A stretch of 34,653 nt of DNA from a virus, in the IMG/VR virus record IMGVR_UViG_3300022213_000002. The stretch is one strand, 5' to 3'. The notes below the pieces were generated by a model. It had not been told where the DNA came from. It searched no databases and saw nothing but the letters and a program-made list of their open reading frames with translations. Positions 9,611 through 15,422 of the stretch are shown one piece after another. Made by a program: the position numbers and the translations under genes. Within the stretch, counting starts at the first letter, position 1, and every line of letters starts with the position of its first letter.

Positions 9611-9885
9611 GCCGCGAGCCCGGCGGCGCATTCGATGACCTGCGAGGTGAGCTGCTCCGGCGTGATGTCGTAGAGGGCGTCGTCGTCGACGGTCAGGCCG
9701 AGGGCCGCGGCGATGGCGGCCATGGCCTTGTCGACCACGTCGAGCTGCTCGCTGGTGGGCTCGCCGTGGAGGATGGCCCGGTCGCCGGTGATTTCTGCGC
9801 GGAGGGCGCCGCTGATGGTAACGAATCCGCTGGTCCAGTCGGGGTTGGCTGGGAGGCTGGCGATGGCCTGGGCTGCTGTTGTCAT
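9607..9885 (-). CDS. Hypothetical acidic protein, 92 aa (first gene of the insulated cassette, apparently leaderless)
   Basis: ATG at 9885 lies 6 nt downstream of a -10-like hexamer. High GC3. No motif recognised. Confidence 0.7.
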   Translation of the reverse strand: MTTAAQAIASLPANPDWTSGFVTISGALRAEITGDRAILHGEPTSEQLDVVDKAMAAIAAALGLTVDDDALYDITPEQLTSQVIECAAGLAA

Positions 9886-9891
9886 GCATCT

Positions 9892-9921
9892 ATAATGCGT
9901 GAGGGTCACGCAGTATGTCAA
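9892..9921 (-). promoter_or_regulatory. Sigma-70/SigA-type promoter: -35 TTGACA (9921-9916), 18-nt spacer, -10 CATTAT (9897-9892)
   Basis: Read on the minus strand. The predicted transcription start coincides with the A of the ATG at 9885, giving a leaderless mRNA. Confidence 0.6.
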
Positions 9922-10011
9922 GGTGGGCACCACTTCCGGGTCGGCCAGGTCTACGGACGGGCGACCCGCAGAGCGCGGGCCTGGCCGATCTGCGCGGAGC
10001 GCAGTAGACTA

Positions 10012-10031
10012 CAGTCGACATCAGTCGACAT
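10012..10031. promoter_or_regulatory. Tandem 10-bp repeat CAGTCGACAT x2 (each contains the palindrome GTCGAC); operator-like
   Basis: Two exact adjacent copies one helical turn apart, 17 nt upstream of the GTG at 10049. Confidence 0.5.
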
Positions 10032-10048
10032 CAACCAGGGAGGGCACC

Positions 10049-10258
10049 GTGGGCCAGCACTCAGGCGGCGGCACAGCGGATCACGGCAAGGTCGATCGGC
10101 AGTACAGCGGCAAGCACCGGCACGGACAGGCCGCGGGCACGCGGGCGCAGCGTGACGCGGAGGCCCGTGACGCCGATTCGGCGTCACGGGGCGGGTACGC
10201 GCTCGGCAATCGGCCCGATCGCCCGCACTCGCCCAACGGGTGGGATTCGGGCCGATAG
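10049..10258 (+). CDS. Hypothetical small basic protein, low complexity and likely disordered, 69 aa
   Basis: GTG start 5 nt after RBS AGGGAGGG. GC3 about 80 percent. G/R/H/D/Q-rich. Opposite in orientation to the surrounding arm. Confidence 0.6.
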   Translation: MGQHSGGGTADHGKVDRQYSGKHRHGQAAGTRAQRDAEARDADSASRGGYALGNRPDRPHSPNGWDSGR

Positions 10259-10283
10259 GCCGGCCGGGCACACTGACACGACA

Positions 10284-10315
10284 GAGCCCCCCATTCGACA
10301 TCGGGTGGGGGGCTC
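10284..10315. terminator. Bidirectional terminator hairpin (10-bp stem gagcccccca/tggggggctc, 12-nt loop)
   Basis: Lies between convergent genes ending at 10258 (+) and 10343 (-). Confidence 0.7.
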
Positions 10316-10342
10316 CGTCGTGAGCAACCAGGTGGCGCCAGC

Positions 10343-10945
10343 CTACCAGCGGTGCGGCAGGCCGGACGTGTTCTGGCCGTGGTGATACCAGTTCCAGGTC
10401 CGAGCGGGCAGGTGGGAGATCCTCGCGCCCGCGGCCAGGCAGCGCTGCGTGAAATCCCAATCCTCGCCGGCGTAGAGCCGATCTGGCGAGGTGAGCGTCT
10501 CCGGCGCAACGGTACGGAACCCAACCGCCTGCGCCAGCTCGGTGCGGACCAGCACGGTGATGGTGGTCTGCACGGGATGCTCGGGATCCCACGGCTGGCC
10601 GAACACCTCCGGCCGCGGATCGGTCCCGCCGATCACGTGATACCACGGGTAGACGTAGTCCGCTCCCGTGGTTTCCGCATGGACCAGGCACATGTCCAGG
10701 TGTCCGGGCAGGAACTCGTCATCATCGTCAAGGAACGCCGTCCACTCCGTCTGGGCCCCGTCCAGCGCAGCCTGCCTGGTCGCCGCAGCACCTCGCCGCT
10801 CCGCGTCGAGCGAGAGGGACGACATAACCGGCACGGTGTCCGCGACCGTTTGCGACATCACGGACCGTACAGCCCGGTTGAGCAGCATGGAGCGCGGAGG
10901 GATGGTGGGGATGCAGACGGTGATCCCTGGCCGAAGTCCCGTCAT
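10343..10945 (-). CDS. Glycosyltransferase, family 2-like (GT-A fold)
   Basis: N-terminal ITVCIPTIP motif and acidic DxD-type motif FLDDDDEF. ATGA overlap with the upstream gene. Confidence 0.8.
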   Translation of the reverse strand: MTGLRPGITVCIPTIPPRSMLLNRAVRSVMSQTVADTVPVMSSLSLDAERRGAAATRQAALDGAQTEWTAFLDDDDEFLPGHLDMCLVHAETTGADYVYPWYHVIGGTDPRPEVFGQPWDPEHPVQTTITVLVRTELAQAVGFRTVAPETLTSPDRLYAGEDWDFTQRCLAAGARISHLPARTWNWYHHGQNTSGLPHRW

Positions 10946-11697
10946 GACTGCTCCCCCTCCTGCTCCTTGCGCATGCGCTCAACTTCGGCCAGCTCGGCCA
11001 GGCCCCGCTCCCCGGCCGGCACGCGTGCCAGCACGCGCCGCACCGCGTAGTAGTGCGGGTCGGTAACGCTCATGAGCTTGCCGCAGTCCGGGCATGCACC
11101 GTATTGCCTACCGGTGGACGCGGCGTGGTCGCACAGGCACACGCGGTGCGCGTTCTGGATCATGCTGCATCCGTGGTGGTACAGACCGGGCTCACCCCGC
11201 CACCAGCGCTCCCGGGGGGCGTCCCATTGGTGCGAAACGTTGACCGGGTCGCCCTTACGGTGCCGGCCACCGCACCAGGAGCAGCGGGTGAGCAGCGTGC
11301 GGCGTAAGGACTGGAGCGGCCCGACCTGAATCCGCCAGTGGTGGACGTGCCACTGCCAACCATGCAGGACCCTGGTCCGGTAGGTGCCATCAGGCTGCGG
11401 TACTCGGACGTAGTGCCTGCAGACGTCGCCGGAGTCGCGGCCGCCCGGCTCGCGGTGCCAGACCGTGATCATGCTCGGCCAGTAGTAACCGCGACCGGCC
11501 AGCGTCCAGAACGGCGTCCACGACCGCGGGCGCCACCAGGGGAACGGGTTGGCGCCGTGGTCACGATCGCAGTCCGGTACGCAGTCGTGGTGCAATCGGA
11601 ACCGCCACCGCGCCCGCCCCGGCTTGGCGTCATGCATCCTACTGCGCTGCGGCCAAGGGCGCCGGATCTCAAACGCCACCACCAGGGGGTCATGCAC
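10942..11697 (-). CDS. Hypothetical Trp/His/Cys-rich protein, 251 aa
   Basis: Translationally coupled at both ends inside the glycosyltransferase operon. Cys clusters CSWCGG and CPDCGK. No family recognised. Confidence 0.75.
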   Translation of the reverse strand: MHDPLVVAFEIRRPWPQRSRMHDAKPGRARWRFRLHHDCVPDCDRDHGANPFPWWRPRSWTPFWTLAGRGYYWPSMITVWHREPGGRDSGDVCRHYVRVPQPDGTYRTRVLHGWQWHVHHWRIQVGPLQSLRRTLLTRCSWCGGRHRKGDPVNVSHQWDAPRERWWRGEPGLYHHGCSMIQNAHRVCLCDHAASTGRQYGACPDCGKLMSVTDPHYYAVRRVLARVPAGERGLAELAEVERMRKEQEGEQS

Positions 11698-12358
11698 GGC
11701 TGTTGATCCTCTCAGCTAGAACGACCTGGAACACCATGTCGGTGCCCGGTGCCTTGACGGTCCTGTGGACCAGGGGGTCCCACCCGGACCAGTGCAGCAG
11801 CGCGCGGTACGCGCCAATGGACCAGGCCCAGGCGTGGCAGGCGTCCGCCGTCCGGATCGTCTCGCTGGCCGGCGAGGAGCACACCAGATATCGAGCCCGA
11901 GGGCGTTGCGCCAGCCGGTGCAGCACCTCGCCAGGCTCGGCCAGGTGTTCCAGCACCTCCGTCATGACGTAGATCTCCGCGTCCGGCAACGTGCTGCCAT
12001 GGATGCTGCACCGGCCACTGAGGAGCATTTCGACAAAATCGCCCGCGATCGCGGGTACTCTGCGCTCCCGCCATCCCTCGCGGTTGCTCGGCTGGAAATC
12101 GATTCCGATGATCGACACCCGCCCATCCCGCAGCAGCTGCAGGAGTCCGCCGTCACCGCATCCGAGGTCAACCAGCAGCGGCGCGTAGTCGGACGGCGCG
12201 TCCTCACGGAGGTACCCGACCGCAAGACGGACCATGTCGCGTGCGGCGTACAGGCGTGGCCGATGCGCGTCCTGCTCAAGGTGCGGGGCCCGTTCGCGGC
12301 CGGCGTGAAACTCGCGGGTCGAGACGTGCTCGCGACCGGGCACGCGGTACTCATCCAC
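11690..12358 (-). CDS. Class I SAM-dependent methyltransferase
   Basis: Motif I LLVDLGCGDGG, followed by an acidic residue after a beta strand (IIGIDF). GTG start overlaps the upstream stop. Confidence 0.8.
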   Translation of the reverse strand: MDEYRVPGREHVSTREFHAGRERAPHLEQDAHRPRLYAARDMVRLAVGYLREDAPSDYAPLLVDLGCGDGGLLQLLRDGRVSIIGIDFQPSNREGWRERRVPAIAGDFVEMLLSGRCSIHGSTLPDAEIYVMTEVLEHLAEPGEVLHRLAQRPRARYLVCSSPASETIRTADACHAWAWSIGAYRALLHWSGWDPLVHRTVKAPGTDMVFQVVLAERINSRA

Positions 12359-13106
12359 CAGACATCACACCCTTGATGATCTCGACGTCGGTCCTGAGCT
12401 GCCCGGCCTCGTACGCGTGCCAGGCGTGCTGGTCCCGGCCCGACAGTGCGTCCACACGGTCGTAGCCGGCGTCCCGCGGCGCCTTACCCACCAGCGGGTG
12501 CATGTGCTCAACGAGCACCTCCGGCAGGTAGGTCAGGCAGTCCGCCTGCTGCCCCCACGCAAGCCAGGCGTTGTCCACGTACAGGTGCTGGAGCACGGGC
12601 GGGGCCATGCACCCGAGCGCACGCACCAGGGACGACCGGATCACAACCTGCGTCGGGAGCGCGGCCCCGTGTACCCCGTCGTTCCCGTAGGCGATGGCGC
12701 GGCCCGGCTGCGTCACAGCGTCCAGCAGCTGCCGGTCCCATCCGGCGGTCCGGGGCCGGTGGTCGTCGCCCATGAACATCAGGGCCTCCGGGGCCCACGG
12801 GGTCGCGCCGGTCGTCAGGTATCGCGCCATGGCGTTGAGCGGATCGACCATGCCTGGCCGGCCGTCCGGAGGCGCGACATGTAGCCCGACCCACCAGCAC
12901 TCCGCGACCACATCGTGATACTGATGCGCGTCCGGGTCGTTGGCGTCGAGCACGAGCACCAGCCTGGTACTCGACATCCCGCGGGTGAGCGCCATCTTTC
13001 TGACCAGCTGCCGCACACTGTCCGGCCGGCCACGGGTCGGCACGATGACGCACAGGCCGCCACGTTCCCCTGTCAGATCCATGCTTCCCTCCATGTCCCC
13101 CTCCAT
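12351..13106 (-). CDS. Glycosyltransferase (GT-A-like); start uncertain among three close ATGs
   Basis: CVIVPTRGRP motif near the N-terminus and LVLDANDPD acidic motif. Repeated GGAGGG-ATG units at the 5' end. Confidence 0.75.
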   Translation of the reverse strand: MEGDMEGSMDLTGERGGLCVIVPTRGRPDSVRQLVRKMALTRGMSSTRLVLVLDANDPDAHQYHDVVAECWWVGLHVAPPDGRPGMVDPLNAMARYLTTGATPWAPEALMFMGDDHRPRTAGWDRQLLDAVTQPGRAIAYGNDGVHGAALPTQVVIRSSLVRALGCMAPPVLQHLYVDNAWLAWGQQADCLTYLPEVLVEHMHPLVGKAPRDAGYDRVDALSGRDQHAWHAYEAGQLRTDVEIIKGVMSGG

Positions 13107-13134
13107 CCCTATCTAATGATGAGTTGTGTCCACA

Positions 13135-14205
13135 CTACAGCCTGGCGTCACGGATGGCCATGGCCCGGCGGTACGCCCGCTCCCACGCGAACCAGTGATC
13201 CCCGACGAGGCACCCACGCGCCCACGCAAGCCCCCGAATGCGGAGGGATGTGAAGTCGTTGCCGGAGTACGCCAACTCGATCCTCGACCGCACGGCCACC
13301 CTCCAGCCGAGGGGCGATCCGGCCCCGGGGATGCGCATCCCCGGGGCCGGACTGGTCTCGTACGGCCCGACGCCGGAGGCGATCCACGGGATACCGAGTG
13401 CCGCATACTCAAGGATCTTGATGTCGGACTTGCTCCGATTGAACGCATTGTCGACTAGGGGCGCCAACCCGATGGTGAAATCGATGCGCCGAAGATGCGC
13501 CGCGGTGGTGTGCAGCCAGCCGGATTCTCGCAGGCCGGGGACCTTGTGACCGGCCAGCACGCTGCGTGCCCCCTGGCCGATCAGGTGGAGCCCGGCCGCA
13601 CCCCGCCGCATCGCGTGCGCGACCCCTGCCGCGGCGCCACTGCCGCGCCAGTCCGCCAGGTGGGTCGGGCTGCCGGCCCACCCGACGATCGGAACGTCGA
13701 GCACGGGCTGGGCGAGGCGGGCGTCCCCGATGTCCACCAGCCAGGATGGCACGCAGTTGGGTAGCACCACCACATTCGGGTTGTACCGACGCGCGACTTC
13801 GGCCAGGGGGTACGTGGACACGGTGACCAGGTCTGCAGCAGCCAGATTGCGCTCGAAGTTGGCGCGCTGCGCCCGGAACTCGCCGTACGCGGGGTTGTCC
13901 GGCGGCACGCTGAACGGATCGTCGTCGATTTCGTACACCAGGGCCGGCCTCATTGGCCCCGGTCGCGCGGCCAGGGAGGACCAGAGGGCGGACGGCCCCG
14001 GCAGGTGGACCCTCTGGCCGATCAGCACGTCCGGCCTGTCTGGCGCGGCCTGGCCCCACCGCTGATCGGCCAGGTTGGTCCCCATGGTGATCGTGTGGCC
14101 GTGCTGCCGTAGTTGCTGCAGCGGGAGGGCGATGCGGTACCACCCGCACCCCTGTTCATCCGCCATCCACCCTGTGATCCTCATGGGTCGCTGGAACACG
14201 CTCAT
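13135..14205 (-). CDS. Glycosyltransferase (GT-B-like, family 1/4-type architecture)
   Basis: 356-aa ORF from the ATG at 14205 after RBS GAAGGTGGA. Two Rossmann-like halves, with a VGWAGSPTH motif in the C-terminal half. Confidence 0.7.
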   Translation of the reverse strand: MSVFQRPMRITGWMADEQGCGWYRIALPLQQLRQHGHTITMGTNLADQRWGQAAPDRPDVLIGQRVHLPGPSALWSSLAARPGPMRPALVYEIDDDPFSVPPDNPAYGEFRAQRANFERNLAAADLVTVSTYPLAEVARRYNPNVVVLPNCVPSWLVDIGDARLAQPVLDVPIVGWAGSPTHLADWRGSGAAAGVAHAMRRGAAGLHLIGQGARSVLAGHKVPGLRESGWLHTTAAHLRRIDFTIGLAPLVDNAFNRSKSDIKILEYAALGIPWIASGVGPYETSPAPGMRIPGAGSPLGWRVAVRSRIELAYSGNDFTSLRIRGLAWARGCLVGDHWFAWERAYRRAMAIRDARL

Positions 14206-14224
14206 TGATCCACCTTCAGATGGG

Positions 14225-14266
14225 GCGACGCGCCCCACGGTGAGGTCAGACCATGGGGCGCGTCGC
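14225..14266 (-). promoter_or_regulatory. 13-bp-stem hairpin between the DPF-motif gene and the glycosyltransferase operon (attenuator, terminator or processing site)
   Basis: gcgacgcgcccca ... tggggcgcgtcgc are perfect complements with a 16-nt loop, just upstream of the RBS for 14205. Confidence 0.5.
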
Positions 14267-14296
14267 TGATGCCGTTCGCGTAGGGGACGGATCAGG

Positions 14297-14875
14297 TCAC
14301 GCGAACGGGTCCTTGGCGGCCAGGAAGTGCTGCCAGTAGGTGCGGGCGATCGCCTTCTCCTCCGGCGTACTCACGGCCAGGAAGTACGGCGGGTTCTTCT
14401 GCGGATCCGCAGCCTGGCCGATGGACAGTCGCCCAACCACCATCGAGCCGGCGGTCTGGCCGGCGGCGCGCCGCTTGAGCGCCTCGCGGCACTGGTTGAC
14501 GACGCCGACCGCGGACAGGTACATGGCGTCGATCCGGTAGGGGATCTGGCTGACCTGCGTGTGGGGGATGGCGGGGCGCTTGTTGGGCGCGCCGCCCCAA
14601 TGCAGCGGACCACCATCGAGAACCACAACATCGGCCGTCATGCGATCGACCATCTCTCCCGGCCGCTGGTACGCCGGAACGGTCTCGATCCTGCTCGGGA
14701 TGATGAGCAGCAGGCGGCCGGCGTCGCTCACGCCGTCCGCCCGGTCGTACAGGTCGCCCATCCGGGGGCGGTTCGACTTGGGCGCCGGATCGCTGAACGG
14801 GTCATCTCCGCTGGGCGCCGCAAATGGATCACTGGCCGGGCTGGCCTGCGTCCGTGCTGCAAACGGGTCGGTCAT
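14297..14875 (-). CDS. Hypothetical protein with three N-terminal DPF motifs and a C-terminal DPFA
   Basis: 192-aa ORF with RBS AGGAG 7 nt before the ATG. Begins MTDPFA..SDPFA..DDPFS and ends KDPFA. Confidence 0.8.
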   Translation of the reverse strand: MTDPFAARTQASPASDPFAAPSGDDPFSDPAPKSNRPRMGDLYDRADGVSDAGRLLLIIPSRIETVPAYQRPGEMVDRMTADVVVLDGGPLHWGGAPNKRPAIPHTQVSQIPYRIDAMYLSAVGVVNQCREALKRRAAGQTAGSMVVGRLSIGQAADPQKNPPYFLAVSTPEEKAIARTYWQHFLAAKDPFA

Positions 14876-14886
14876 CGAGTGCTCCT

Positions 14887-14913
14887 GTCGAGTACGAGTG
14901 TCGAGTGTCGAGT
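14887..14913 (-). promoter_or_regulatory. Clustered heptamer repeats ACTCGAC (minus-strand sense) abutting the RBS of the 14875 gene
   Basis: gtcgagt occurs 3 times, plus one acgagt variant, within 27 bp immediately upstream of AGGAG. Confidence 0.45.
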
Positions 14914-14928
14914 AGGTGGGGCCGGGTG

Positions 14929-14983
14929 GGGTGGGGCATTCAGCAACCTAGGGCGACCAACCGGCCATCGCCATGCCCCACCC
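14929..14983 (-). ncRNA. Long hairpin (11-bp stem GGGTGGGGCAT/ATGCCCCACCC enclosing a 5-bp nested stem)
   Basis: Perfect complementary arms at 14929-14939 and 14973-14983. Nested GGCGA/TCGCC stem inside the loop. Confidence 0.5.
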
Positions 14984-15084
14984 TCTTGCCTGCCGTGCGA
15001 CCCGCGCCTCCGGCCGCGCGAACCGGAGACTTGCACCTGTGATCTTGCCTGGTAGTCACGGCCGGTACCCCGCCGCTCTATCCG

Positions 15085-15184
15085 TGCCCCGGTCGGGATT
15101 TGAACCCGAATCCTGCTGTCATTGTTCACCGCATGACGAGCGGTGGTTGCGCAACGCCACTCTTCCCATTTGAGCTACCGGGGC
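15085..15184 (-). tRNA. tRNA-like module S1 (100 nt), non-canonical: normal acceptor, D and T arms but an oversized central region
   Basis: Acceptor GCCCCGG/CCGGGGC, U8, D arm GCTC-AAATGGGAA-GAGT, T arm TCGGG-TTCAAAT-CCCGA, discriminator A. There are 49 nt between the D and T arms instead of about 23. Best central stem-loop is CACCGC-TCGTCAT-GCGGTG. Confidence 0.5.
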
Positions 15185-15187
15185 TCC

Positions 15188-15263
15188 TGGTGACGATACC
15201 GGCCAGCCAATTGCGGGTCGCCAGCGCCGATGCCGTCCCGCGGGACGGCCGGCCGGTATCGCC
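15188..15263 (-). ncRNA. Structured module S3 (76 nt, ends ACCA): 13-bp terminal helix plus an internal 7-bp/4-nt-loop hairpin
   Basis: GGCGATACCGGCC pairs with GGCCGGTATCGTC (one G-U pair). Internal hairpin GCCGTCC-CGCG-GGACGGC. It abuts S2 (0 nt gap) and S1 (3 nt gap). No T arm. Confidence 0.4.
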
Positions 15264-15356
15264 GTGGGCGGGCGGGAATCGAACCCGCGTCGGGCGGGTA
15301 GCGTTCGCCCGATCCCCCCAGGGAGCCGCTCTAGCCAGTTGTGCAACTGGCCCCAC
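15264..15356 (-). ncRNA. tRNA-like module S2: perfect T arm plus two long hairpins, no canonical cloverleaf
   Basis: T arm GCGGG-TTCGATT-CCCGC followed by CCGCCCA-C. Hairpins TCGGGCG-AACGCTACC-CGCCCGA (15290-15312) and GCCAGTT-GCAC-AACTGGC (15334-15351). Confidence 0.4.
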
Positions 15357-15388
15357 CCCACTCCCGCGCCGCGAACCGCCGGAGTGGA

Positions 15389-15413
15389 ACACCGCGAACG
15401 CTACCCGCGGTGT
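15389..15413 (-). terminator. 8-bp-stem hairpin just after the exonuclease stop; its 9-nt loop is complementary to the loop at 15297-15305
   Basis: ACACCGCG-GGTAGCGTT-CGCGGTGT (minus-strand sense), starting 9 nt after the TGA at 15425-15423. Confidence 0.5.
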
Positions 15414-15422
15414 CCAGTCATG

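Noticed and set aside
9610-9889. N-terminal extension of the 251-aa track ORF 9134..9889
   Set aside because: The extension is extremely R/P/H-rich and overlaps the better-supported 92-aa gene in another frame. The internal ATG at 9610 forms an ATGA coupling junction with that gene.
9951-10691. 246-aa and 147-aa minus-strand ORFs across the cassette boundary
   Set aside because: They span a strong terminator hairpin and the 3' end of the GT2 gene in the wrong frame, and they are R/P/A-rich. The plus-strand 69-aa ORF with its strong RBS explains the coding signal at 10049-10258.
15188-15263. S3 as a genuine 76-nt tRNA with encoded CCA
   Set aside because: Only the acceptor-like helix fits. 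There is no T arm or TTC loop. The D region is self-complementary GGCC, and the central hairpin has a 4-nt loop instead of an anticodon loop.
15085-15356. tRNA-like sequences as an attP core (3' tRNA fragment used for integration)
   Set aside because: No integrase or recombinase gene is present anywhere in the closed genome. S1 also carries both halves of an acceptor stem rather than only a 3' fragment.
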